A DNA stretch of 63,998 bases, the filler included, from Streblomastix strix (Eukaryota), in NCBI GenBank assembly GCA_008636045.1. It is 3 parts of 3 records of this genome, joined end to end, with 100 filler letters (N's around TTAATTAATTAA, not from the genome) between each part and the next. Parts side by side here need not be neighbours in the genome. Positions count along the whole stretch, not along the records: positions 1 to 21,307 come from SNRW01000379.1; 2 more parts are not named here. One strand, 5' to 3'. This document shows, in pieces, positions 1 through 12,793 of the stretch. The notes under the pieces are model-generated. The model saw only the letters and a list, made by a program, of their open reading frames with translations. It did not search any database and had not been told where the DNA came from. Made by a program: the position numbers and the translations under genes. Positions within the stretch are counted from its first letter, which is position 1. Each line of letters starts with the position of its first letter.

Positions 1-575
1 TTATTTTTACAAATTAATTTTTATAAATTTTTTTCAATTTTTTGTAAATTATTTTTATAAATTAATTTTTATAAATTTTTTTTTCCATTTTTTGTAAATT
101 ATTTTTACAAATTAATTTTTATAAATTTTTTTTCATTTTTTGTAAATTATTTTTACAAATTAATTTTTATAAAATTTTTTTTTCATTTTTTGTAAATTAT
201 TTTTAAAAAATATTTTTTTATAAAATTTTTCATTTTTTGTAAATTATTTTTACAAATTAATTTTTATAAAATTTTTCATTTTTTGTAAATTATTTTTACA
301 AATTAATTTTTATAAAATTATTTTCATTTTTTTGTAAATTATTTTTACAAATTAATTTTTATAAAATTATTTTCATTTTTTGTAAATTATTTTCACAAAT
401 TAATTTTTATAAAATTTTTTTTTCATTTTTTGTAAATTATTTTTACAAATTAATTTTTATAAATTTTTTTTTCATTTTTTGTAAATTATTTTTACAAATT
501 AATTTTTATAAAATTTTTTTCATTTTTTGTAAATTATTTTTACAAATTAATTTTTATAAATTTTTTTTCTTAAAT
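1..575. repeat. Subterminal tandem array of ~58-61 bp units at the left end of the Polinton-like element
   Basis: About 10 near-identical copies of CATTTTTTGTAAATTATTTTTACAAATTAATTTTTATAAA plus a variable T-run. Each unit carries a TTGTAAA-TTATT-TTTACAA hairpin. No spacers. Confidence 0.9.
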
Positions 576-729
576 TTTTTTATAATTATTTTTTATTTAA
601 TTTTTAATAAAATTAATTTTAATAAAAAATAATTATTATTTATTTTCATTTCTCAAAAAATAATTTTAATATTTGTGAAAGTCAGGTTCGAAACAACATC
701 AATTTGCAATTTTATACACAAATTTTACA

Positions 730-3700
730 ATGACTAGCTAATACAACAAATCGTAAATTATCGAATTAGGTAACCTTTTCGGGGAAGATTTATCAAATTT
801 AACTAACCCAAGAGGTCGAGATTATTTATTATAATTACTTAATCGTTACTAAGTGAATAAACCGCATGCATATTCTGCATCATTGATACAAAGAATTACA
901 TAAGCAGTTGAAATACACTAACGAAGATAATAACAATTAGAAAAATAACGATTAAAATAATTGAAAAGATAACGATTAGAATAATTGAAAATATAACGAA
1001 AATAACGTTTCGGAGAATAACTATAATTATTTTATGAAGGTCGTATTAATCACGAGAACTTAAAATAATTTATAACTCGTGATGAGTAAGATAATCAAGA
1101 TGAATAAAGAGAATTGGAAGAATATAAGCAAGAACAACGTGAAAGAGAACAATAAGACGAAATCTAGAAATAAAATGAAGATATATAATTAGATGTGTTA
1201 TTTGATCCATCATAAGAATAAATTGACTAAGAATGGGAAAATATTACTACCACAGGTAACTACGAGCCGTCAGGTACAGGAATTACTAAGTCCGAAAAAC
1301 TAAAAGAGAAAGATAACCTTGATTAAGATGATAATAATTTAGAAGAATATTTTGATTCTATTGATAGATAAGATTTTGATGGTGAAGTATGGCAAAAAGT
1401 TAGAAGGATGGAAGAAAATGAATAACAATATTAGTAAGAAAGATTTTAGAGAATACATGATGAATTCAATAATATTCCTGAAATTGAAGCAAAAACATTC
1501 AAACTACTTGATGAAGAGATTGCCGAGGATATTAGAAAATTAGAATATAAAAATTTCAGAGAAATTGATGTTGAAGATGCTGATGCATTATTATTATCAG
1601 AACCATTTAATTAAGCACTATTTCGACATGAAGTCTAGAAATTTCGTTAAAGATATTCAAGAGATTAAGTTGAAAGATCATATAACAAAAGATAATCTGA
1701 TAATTTTGAACCAACTCGTCATTACTATCACAATCATATTACAAGTTAAGGAGATATTGAAAATCATGTTAGAAGTGTTGGAACACAAGAATTATAAATG
1801 AATCATTTTAAAATTGCTTTTGATTTTGGATTTATAGTCGAAATAGTTACTTATAATGAAGATTAAGTATAAGAAGTTCGCTACGATGTAAGATATCCTC
1901 ATAACAATATCTTAAATGCATTAAATCCAGAATCAATAATAGATTCCTAAGAAAAATTAGAAACATATATTAAATTCTTACCTGCAAAAATAATTGAAAA
2001 TTAAGAAAGAACTCTCGAAGATACTCATACAAGATTCGTTGCTATTGTTTCAATGGTAGTAGTTGCATATCGTGACAGATCAGGAGGAGCAGCTCCAGCA
2101 GAATTATAAAAATTTATTAAAAGATAAGAAGTTAAATTCGTTGATAACTTGAATTATAGAAATAACTGTTTATTTGATGCATTATCATTTATATCATTAC
2201 CTGAAGAATCGTTGAAACGAATATCTAATACTGGTAGAGTTGCTGAAGGAAAACGATTAATGAAATAATTTTATTCTGCAATTGGTAATGAATCAATTAA
2301 GAATTTTGGAGAGTTTCTTTAAAATTATCAAGGATTTGATCTTGCATCTGAAGGTAAGTAACTTGCAAATATATTCAATATTAACATTTGTGTATATGCA
2401 TATCATCATTTAGATTTTGAATCACCTTAAGATGACAATTAGGAAATTAAAATTTAACCATAACCGAAGTTAAATTCAAAAGACAATCGTATTCATCGTA
2501 AAAAAGAAGATAGAATTAAAGAAGAAAAGTACGATAATTATTTTCTTGATTTTGTAATAAAACAGGAAACTAACGATTCTCTCATTAAAGACTCACCTAA
2601 AGATTTCAATATCTTACTTGTTCATTTCAGAAATAAGTTTCACATCTTATATATTTCTGATACGTAAGCATTAACAGGTTTAGCTTATTGTCCGATTTGT
2701 AAGTTACATGCAGTTAAAGTAAACGATTTCAATGGTAATTGGGTACGTGATTTAAAAAGACATATCGAATAATGTAAATAAAACAATGGTAAATAAGTTA
2801 TGTTATCAGGAAATTAAATACCTTTTGCACCACATATCACTGGTAATAAAACTTACGAATATTTCTGGTCTCGATAAGAATTATAAAAATTTAAACCAAC
2901 TAAGTATTATATCACTTATGATTTTGAAACTATGGAAGAATAAATTAATAAATATTTTGGTAAATCTATTGAGAATGATAATAATATATGCAAGATTGCT
3001 TCGCAACCTGAAGGCTAATGCCTGAACTCATTTCAGAATTCCGCATTAGTTCCATTATCAGTTGCATCAACAATTAAATCAAAGAAAGGAATTAAAACAA
3101 TATATTTCGATGTTAGATCTAATATTTATTTAACTATCGAATCTGGCGAAAAAATATTGAAGTAAAGTTTCATTGAATAATGGCTTGAAGCAATATTTGA
3201 AGAAGCTCTTTAAGTTAAGAAAGATAATGATTACGGTGATCCCGAAGTTCCATATGACATTGCTGTTCCGGTTTTAGGTTTCAATTCAGCACATTTCGAT
3301 ATGATTTTTGTCTTACCATATTTGACAAGTTCTAAGTGGCATATTACCAATTATCTTGGTGATTTCTCTCACATTAAACGAGTAGAAGTTCGTCATAAAA
3401 TTACCGGCGTGAGAATTTAATTCTTAGACGCTGAGATGTTCGTTACAAAAATGAAATTGAAAGATTTTGTCAAAGATTTCGGGGATAAATCCAACAAAAA
3501 AAGTGACAACAAAGGAATATTTCCTTACACTGCATTCAATACAACTAACTATGATGAAGTTTTAAAAATATCTGAGCCATTTGAATAAAATTAGTTTTTT
3601 AATGAATTATCTCAACAAAAACTATCAAATACAGATTACTTTGATTATTTACTCGATTAAATGATAATAATTGTTAATAATGATGGTAAAGTTAATGATA

Positions 3701-5988
3701 CAATAAAGAAATTTAATAATAGATGGGATTATTTACAATATTACAATGAACTTGACACAATTATCATGATAAAACCAATCGATAATCTAATTAAAATGAA
3801 TTTTGATAATGATCTTGATATGTTTAATTACTTATCTATGGCAAGCTGTGCAAATGGAACTAAATACAAAATGTGTTGTGATGATTTAGATCTTAAATCA
3901 AGGTATACAACGAAAGATGATCCAACATTAAAAGAATTCAATCCATTTGAGTTGACATAAGAACATTGGAATAAGAAAGTTGCAAGTTATAATATGTAAG
4001 ATATAAAAGCTGGAAGATAAATAAAAGATAACGTTAAAGAATCTGATTTCGAATATTTTCGAGAGTTGATTCACGGTGGTTAATGCTGGTTCTGTGAAGT
4101 TAGATTTACTAACAAAAATCCACCAACACTTGATAGAATCGATAATAATCTTGGTCATAGTAAAAATAATGTGTAATTAGCTTGTTCATGGTGTAATGTT
4201 AAAAGAGGAAATAGAGATCTTTTCATAACTAAAGGATTGATATAATTGAAAAGATATTATTTAGCAAAAGGTTTACCAATGCCATTGACAGATGAAGAAA
4301 CATATCATAAATTAAGACCAAATATTACAGGTGGATTAGCAAATTCATTTCATAGATATAATGTAAAAGATGAAACTCATATTAATAAACTAAAATTAGA
4401 AGGTTAATACGTCGTAAGTTATGATCTTGATTATGTAATGACACATGTTACTGGTTATGATTTTAATTCATTATATCCATCTGTTATGAGCGGAATTCCT
4501 CATGATTTTATTAAATATACTGGTCACAGAATTTATATGCCAGGTTATGAATTAGATAGAATTGAAAACGTTAGTGAATAATAAAAACAACTTTGTTTGA
4601 AAATTATAGATAATCCATTAAGATTCTCTAATAAATAATCCGAAATTGATAAAGTAACAATGTTCATAGCTGAAGTCAAAGGTCATATCGATTATAAATA
4701 TATTAACGATTATATTAATTGTCCGCCTATAATTAGAAAATATAAATATAAAACATTAGAATCTGTTATTGGTTAATTTATGCATTAGCATATGAAAAAT
4801 AATAATTTGAAAACTGATGGAGATGAAAATAAACTAACTGTTTTATTATCTACAATGGGAAAATATATGTGTTTCTATTCGTATTATCTTTGGTTACTTA
4901 TTGATGATTGTCATTTCATAATTGATGATGTAAAATGTGTTATGACATTTTCTAAACATATTGGTTTTGAATCATTTGTCAGGAAATTTATGTAATAACG
5001 AATATAATCTAAGATTGAAGGAAATTCCGGAGGAGAATAATTTAGTAAGATCACTATGAATTCATCTTATGGAAGTGATGGTATGAATCAAGAACATTTC
5101 ACAGATATTAAGTTATGTGATATACATGAAACATTCAGGAAACATCTCAATGGTAAATTCAAAAGTGATCGTAAATTAGGAGATAACTTATATGCTGTTG
5201 AGTTTGAATAATAAAAATTTAATTGTAAAACTTGCTTATAAGTTGCATTTGCAGTATTAGATTGTGCAAAATATTGGTTTATGAATTTCTATTATAATTT
5301 CTTAACTTCTATGATAGATATGAATCGAGTTCATCTCATTTATTGTGATACAGATTCTATGATGTTAGCAGTTGCTGGCGATCCTAAATAAAATTATAAA
5401 TAAGGATTCTCTGCTGTAATTAAAGATTAAAAATTCTATGATTAAAATTTCTATAAGTTCTTCCCAAAACCTAAATAAGTAATAACTTAAGAAAATAAAC
5501 CTTAACTTAGCAAAATTGTTGATGAAAGTTAAAGAAAACTTAAAATAAAAAAGTTACAAATATAAGATGAAAAGAAACCATTAGGAGTTGCGTATGAACA
5601 TTGTGGTTCAACACTTATAGCTTTAGCACCAAAGAATTATTGGTTAAAATAAGAATTTGATAAGAAAGATCCAATAGTTGTTAAACTTAAAGGAATGAGT
5701 TTAAAAATGAATCCTCAAATTAATAAAGATGCTTATGAAAACAATATTAAAAATGGAACTGTTGTAAAAGGTAAAAATACTTCGTTACGATAACATTAAG
5801 AAAGAAATAATGATGATGAAATATTTAGTAAGATGAGTAGAATTAATACTACTAAGAATGGAATTACTGGTGTTCATACAAAAATGATTGTATTAGAAAA
5901 TTAATGCTGTTGTCCATATATTGATGGAATAACTGCTGATAAATATAAAATTTAATATAAAATGTTGATGCCACCATAAAATAAATGA
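730..5988 (+). CDS. polB: Protein-primed family B DNA polymerase polyprotein (1752 aa): terminal protein, OTU-like domain, Zn finger, exonuclease, HNH insertion, polymerase
   Basis: Code 6 ORF. ExoI YITYDFET (~2910), ExoII GFNSAHFD (~3277), KGIFPY, ExoIII YYNELD, motif A GYDFNSLYPSVM (~4453), motif B KITMNSSYG (~5047), motif C YCDTDS (5341), APKNY. Confidence 0.96.
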
Positions 5989-6036
5989 TTGAAAACTTGC
6001 AATACATAATTTATTTTTAGTCCTTGAAAGCAACTT

Positions 6037-7365
6037 ATGTAACAAAATTTACGTATTCGTAAGAGTAAAACTCCAGCATAAATTCTTGATGATCTCTTAA
6101 AAAGATTTGATTAAAATGAGATATAGACTAGTATTGCAGAAGATTCCATGAAATTTTCAATAAATGAAATTTTAAAATAGCCCCGAAGATTAAATATAGA
6201 AGAATTTGTAAATAGAATCGAAATTCAGGACAATGATAATGAAATTTAAGTTATAATAGATAATGTCGATAAAATACAATACGGTGACAAATCAATTAAC
6301 GAATGGTATGAAGATTATCTTACGTAAGAGATGCAAAAAGGAAAGAAAAGATAAAATATTAGGTAAAATTTAAACATTTCTAATTAATAATTACCACAAC
6401 ATATAAATTTCCCATTCAAATCCAAAGTGAAAGCTTATGAAAAAGTTCATGGTATTAAATTAAAACAAAACAAAAAATCACCTATATTGAAAGTTCCTGA
6501 TTATTAAATTAAGTAACTTCCTGAATAATTTGGAAGACCATATTTCTCGTATCATATTGGCTCATGGGAAATTGATATTGTATTCTCAATGAATCCTGAG
6601 TTAGTACGGATCAATTAAATTTATTTATTCTGCATCAATATCAATACAAAATATCTTGTTGTCTATCCATTACATGATAAATCTTAAGAAGAAATTAGAA
6701 AAGCTTTATACAATTTAGTTCAACATCAGAATGTTACACATATTAGAGGTGATGGTGAAAAAGGATTTGCCAGTAATTATCTTATGTAATTTTATAAATC
6801 ATTTGATATAGAAACATATTTTGTAGATGGTTCAATTGAAATGACTAATCACAATCGTGTCGTTGATTCTGTTATAAGAACAATTAGAAATGCATTTGGA
6901 TTAGATGAGAGATAATTTGCAAGTCCAAATTTGATGTAATAAATGGTAGAAATCTATAATAATACTCCTCACAGTGCATTTGACAATTAATTTACACCAA
7001 GATAAGTTAATGGATAACAATAACTTGAAGCATATTTCATACGAAAAAATGATAAGAAACTAAGATAAATTAAAGCATAATAATAAATATCAGGATTACG
7101 TAAGTATTAACGAGGAAATATTATTATGATTCATGTCGATTATTCAAGAACAAGTCATCGTTTTATGAAATAAAGACGAAATTTCAATGAATTAGCAATG
7201 TTTTTAAGATATTCCAATGGTAATGTTGAATGTTTATTATTAAAACCATTTACTGATTTAGATAGAATTACAGTACCAATATATTATACTAAATTTGTCT
7301 GTGAAAATGAATAATAATTAAATTCACCAGAATTTAAATAATATAAATAAGTATTTAATTTATGA
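6037..7365 (+). CDS. Retroviral-like (rve) integrase, 442 aa
   Basis: GSWEIDIVF (D, 6574), HIRGDGEKGF (D, 6751), NRVVDSVIRTIR (D at the usual E position, 6865), YNNTPHS. Confidence 0.88.
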
Positions 7366-7426
7366 ATTTATTATAATAAACTTATTCATCTGTGAAAAGT
7401 TTATTTTTGAAATATTCCAAAAGGAA

Positions 7427-7840
7427 ATGGAAAAGGAATAAATTTAATAAATTGTGCTTGAAACATTGGCAGCAGTTAAAAATGTTCCAAAATAACCTAA
7501 AAAATAAAAATTGGTTAATTAGCCAGAAATAATTTCGGAAGAAACGATAAAATCGGTTACTCAAAGAGGACGATAATGTAAATACGAATCAAAAGAAGTA
7601 GCAATTGAAGTTGCAAAGAAATAAAGAAAAGTTTTAGCTGTAAAATATGCATAATAAAAATTAAATTTCAGAAAACAAGCTGATCCATCTTAACTACATT
7701 TAATAAAACGATTATCAACAATAGTAATTACAGATGATGCATAACTTTAAACAATGCATAAAATTCTAAATTAATTTGAGCCTGCTGTATTGGATAAACC
7801 TATAGAAAATTTATCCATAAATGAAGAAAAATAAGAATGA
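7427..7840 (+). CDS. Small basic hypothetical protein (137 aa), possibly DNA-binding
   Basis: Code 6 ORF from ATG to TGA; Lys/Gln-rich with an RGRQCKY segment. Confidence 0.7.
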
Positions 7841-7884
7841 ATACATTAAAAATAAATATGGAAATTATTTTTCTACCATTAGGC

Positions 7885-8961
7885 TCAAATTAGTTCTGAA
7901 ACATTAAACAAGAAATTATTTTACTTATCTTTTCCTGAAAGGATTGCGTTTTTAACTGCTTGAGCTATTTCAATGTCAATTTATGTAGGAGCTCTAATTA
8001 ATCTTCCACTTGGATCATACTCGAATAAACTATCGAAATATGCTTTTGCAGCATCATTTACTTATTTATATTTACCTGGATCATTTTTATCTAACTCTGA
8101 TAAATCGACTTAAGCGTATGTATTTGCAATTTCCGGAGTTAAGAAATTTGGCATCAACTTCTTAATAAAATGATCTCTCCAAATAACGCTTGGCAAAATT
8201 GTATAAGCATTTCTTTATTTATTATGAATATCTTCACCTACTTCTTAAACTTTTTGTATTCGATGTCCAAAACCTTTGAGAGTTTAAGCAACTAATTTCT
8301 TAAAGTAATTCCATGGAGAAACATATTTAGTTGGTCTAACATTAGCATCATACCAAGTTTTCATTGAAGTTCTTTTACGATCTTGTTTTGTTGGATTAGC
8401 TTCTTCATATAACATTGTTTAAAATCTCTTTTTAGGTGCTGTAGTACGATAACCAGCAATTGAATATACTTTTCCTTATTTATTTCTTACTATTGTATCA
8501 TTTGGAGTTGAAACATCATTATCATAATCTTCCGAAGTTACTGTCCATCCTTTCTGATCCAATTTCTTTTCTCTCAACCAATCTAAAGCACTTTATGGCT
8601 GAATAAGTCTATCAACTTTAGAAATATCTCTATGAAGTTTTCCTGCAACAATATATCCTAATTATGTCATTGCTTCATCTATATCAGTCTTTGGACCTAA
8701 ACCTTCTCCACGTTTTCTCGGAGGCTTATAATCAAGCTATTCATACGCAGGTAATTGAGAAATATTTATAGTTTTCCTTTTTGGTGCAGGTTTTAACATT
8801 CCAATATCATATGCATATTTCAATTTTTAATTATAAGCTTACATATCAAATGGTGTTTTAGTATCAACTTCAAATAAATTTTATGCAGGTTATTGGAATG
8901 GATTCTCATCCCATGGCATATCATCTGATGCTGGACCCCAATTTTATGTTGGTGCTGTCAT
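7885..8961 (-). CDS. Hypothetical element protein (358 aa)
   Basis: Uninterrupted code 6 ORF MTAPTQNWGPASDDMPW...SELI*; no motif recognised. Confidence 0.8.
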
Positions 8962-9067
8962 TGATAGTTTGCTAACTTTGTGTCAAAGTTAAAATCAAAA
9001 CAATGTTCAATAATTAAAAACGAAATGTCCAAATCCATTTTAGAATGGATGAAACAATTTATAACAC

Positions 9068-9748
9068 ATGGATGACTCTTTAGAGCGCGAACGTAGAGAG
9101 TAAAAATAATCTGTTTAATCTCTTCACTCTTTAGAGCGCTAACAGAGTTAGTAGAGTGCGAACGTAGCGAGTTCCGCGTGGACAAATACTAAATAAATAA
9201 ATGTGAGTTAAACTTTAAGGTCATCGTCTCCATCTCATATTGCTACACCAAGGGCAATTGCAGAAGTAAGTTCACCTTTTGAAAAGGAATCCTAGCCTAT
9301 TTAATCTTAACCTCGAAGACGATCTTCAATATTTGAAGAAACAATCACTCCAGATCCAACAGTTTGCAAATGGTTACTTGATATCATAAGCGAAGATGAA
9401 CATATGGCAAAAGAATCAGCACATTTTATTTTATCAGGGCCTTAATTAATAAGAGTTGTTGCATTTACTTACGAAGTTCCTGAAAGTTAAGTTGAAATAG
9501 CTGTTGAATAAGAAACTTGTTGTAATAAATTCTGTCATGATGGTACTGAAACTATTACTGATATTACAATTTCAAACGTTAATATCTTGACATTAGATGT
9601 TGATAAAGTTAATTTATTTAGAGATTCTTATAAAATATGTCTGTAAAAAGTTCGAAAAATATCGTCAATACTTGATTTAGGAGATATTTCATCAAAGATT
9701 ATGAGAGCTGTATCATCTGGATTAATGTAAGTTCTTTCAAAAGTTTGA
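9068..9748 (+). CDS. Conserved hypothetical element protein (226 aa)
   Basis: Code 6 ORF. A clear homolog lies at 21712-22255 (PDPTVCKWLLDII vs PDPSVC*WILDII), also directly upstream of a fibre gene. Confidence 0.8.
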
Positions 9749-9786
9749 GGCTGCGCATATATTAGCAAATTTATTTTTGTTAGAAA

Positions 9787-12690
9787 ATGGCTGACGGTGA
9801 TTTACATATGTTAGATGTTGTCTTGAAACATGATGAAATGTTATATGGATCAACTCGTTATAACATTATAGGTTTAGTTGAATAAGTTACGCATATCAAT
9901 AATTAAATCAATAATATATCTAATGGACCTGCTGGTGATACTTACTCAAGACCTTAGATTGATGAAATGTTGAATGAAAAAGCAGACAAATCAGACATAT
10001 TAGACACATATTCTAAGTAAGAAGCAGATGAAATGTTGAATGAAAAAGCTGATACCGACTATGTAGTTAACAATTTTGTTGGTAAGTCTGAATTAATTGA
10101 TTCTTACACCAAAAATGAAACAGATGCATTACTTGATGAAAAAGTTAATGAAGCAGTGCTTGATGATTACTATAGTAAAATAGAAACTTATGCTAAGATA
10201 GAAGTCTATAATAAAACAGAAGTTGAAGCGTTTCTTGATGAAAAGGCAGATATTGGTAATTCATATTCTAAATCTGAAGATGATGCGTTATTACTTGCAA
10301 AAGCTGATAAATCAACGACATACACAAAATCTGAAGATGATGCATTATTGTTATTGAAAGCTAATGTTGATGATGTATATGATAAAACTGAAACATTTAA
10401 TATGGTTGAATAAGGAAAGAAAGATGTAGGTATATTGATTGAAAATAAGGCTGACAGAACAGATTTAGATAACTATGTTGATCTATCATCTGCTCAAACA
10501 ATCAGTGGTGCTAAATAATTCGGAGTAATTTCTGCTACAACTATATCGAAACTAACTAAAAATGATGCATCAATATTATTAGCTGGTGGTGGTGATATGT
10601 TGGTAAGTAGTTTAGTTAATTAACCATAATTATAAGAGGTGAGAGATATTGCAACAGGTCGATCGAGAGGATACGTATTCAATACATTAGCAGAAATGAA
10701 TAATTGGATGGCAATTCCTGATAATGTAGCAAATTTAGTGATTGGTGATAATTTATATATAGTAGATTCACAAGTTACTGATTATTGGTGGGATGGAACA
10801 TAACTCAGAGAATTAGAAACATAATTACCTGATTTAACTAATGTTGTAACAACACTTGGTACTGCTACTGGTAATGGAAATGCTATAACAGATTTGTCAA
10901 TAACTGGTAATACAATCACTCCTGCAAAAAATATGACATTTGTTAATACTGATTATGATCAAAATATTAGTGGATCAAAGCTTTTTACAAGTACAATTCA
11001 TTCATATGGTATTAATTATTAAGGTTACGATAATTCATCTGTATTCCTTGCTGGAGGTGGAGTACGATCAATTGCAGATATACAAAGTAATTCATATTCT
11101 AAATCAGAAGATGACGCATTGTTGTTATTGAAAGCTGACAAAACATAATTGATTGATGCATATTCTAAAACAGAAACTAATAATCTCTTAAATAATAAGG
11201 CAGATACAGGTGTTTCATATTCTAAATCTGAAGATGATGCATTATTATTATTGAAAGCAGACAAAACTTAATTGATTGATGCATATTCTAAATCCGAAGA
11301 TGATGCGTTATTGTTACTGAAAGCTGATGTATTAACAACATATGATAAAACAAAAATAGATGAAATGATATAAAATAAAGTTGATAATTAAACATTAGTC
11401 AATTTAGTAAATACAACTGAAGATCAAATTGTTAATGGAAATAAGACATTTACTAGTAATATTAATGCTGTTGGATTCGCTAAAACTGGTAAAGATAATA
11501 CGTCAATTCTATTAGCTGGTGGAGGTGATATATTGCTATCGTCATTGTAAGCAGGTGATGTAGATCTATCAAACTACTATACGAAGACATAGGATGATGC
11601 TCTGCTTTTGTTGAAGGCTGATAAATCAACGACATACACTAAAACGGAAACTGATAATCTATTAGATGGAAAGTTAGATAATGGTTTTACATATTCAAAT
11701 GAAAAAATAGATGATATGATGACTTTCAAAGCTGATACAGACGCATTAGCTGATTATGTTACTTTAGGTACAGCATAGACAATAACAGCAAGTAAAACGT
11801 TCCAGAACAGTTGCAGATTCATTGGTACTATTAATGGAATGTCAACAGTAACTGGGACATCATTTATTAAATCAGGTGCTGATGATAGTGTTGTATTACT
11901 TGGAGCTGGTGGTACAAAACCAATATCTGAATTTGTTAGTGCACCACCAGATCTATCAAATTATGTAACTACAAATACAACTCAAACTATTTCAAGCGCC
12001 AAAACATTCAATGCAAACGTTACTGCTGCAGGATTCAAAAAAACAGATAGAGATGATACATCAGTTCTATTAGCTGGCGGTGGAGATATGGAAATAAGTG
12101 AAATATAAAGTGCAATTGATTTATCAAATTACTATACAAAAACATAAACATACTCAAAAACTGAAACAGATAATCTTTTAGATGATAAGATGGATTCAAG
12201 TGTATTAGATAATTTGGTGAATAAAATATAAGACTAAACAGTTGGAGGATACAAAACATTTGCTCTAAACGTTACTGCTGCTGGATTTGCAAAATCAGGT
12301 AAAGATGATACATCAGTTCTATTAGCAGGCGGTGGTGATATGTAATTGTCTTTATTTGGTGGTGCTGTTAACATTACAAACGTACTTTATGATAATCCAA
12401 CATATTTAAATACCCAAAACTTTACATTCTATGATGTATTATTCTATAAAATTGGTACTCTACACATATTTTCTGTATAAACGGCTCCTATTATTACTTT
12501 ATCTAATCCAAGTGTTGGAATAGTAATAATTCCTACGTAATACTAGCCAATAAATAACTATTAATTTTCAATCTCTGGTTATTAGAACAATATTATTAGT
12601 TCAAACTTCGAAAATAGCAATGTTAAAGTAAATATTGTTTAATGGTCAAATATGTAAATACTTCGAATTTCAGGTATGTGGGTTAAATGA
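9787..12690 (+). CDS. Long tail-fibre-like repeat protein (967 aa)
   Basis: Many YSKxEDDALLLLKADK repeats, about six QTIxGxKTF...SVLLAGGGD repeats, and a distinct beta-rich C-terminal domain. Confidence 0.8.
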
Positions 12691-12793
12691 AAATACCAAC
12701 TTTGTTGGCACCAACGGAGTTAGTACAATGTAATAATTTATTTTTGTTAGATCTCAAATCAAATCCCTACATTCTTCGTGAATTACTACATAA

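Noticed and set aside
1..575. CRISPR-like array
   Set aside because: Units are contiguous with no unique spacers, there are no cas genes, and the context is eukaryotic.
5985..6095. Integrase start at the ATGA overlap with the polB stop
   Set aside because: That frame closes at a TGA after about 34 codons; the integrase frame opens at ATG 6037.
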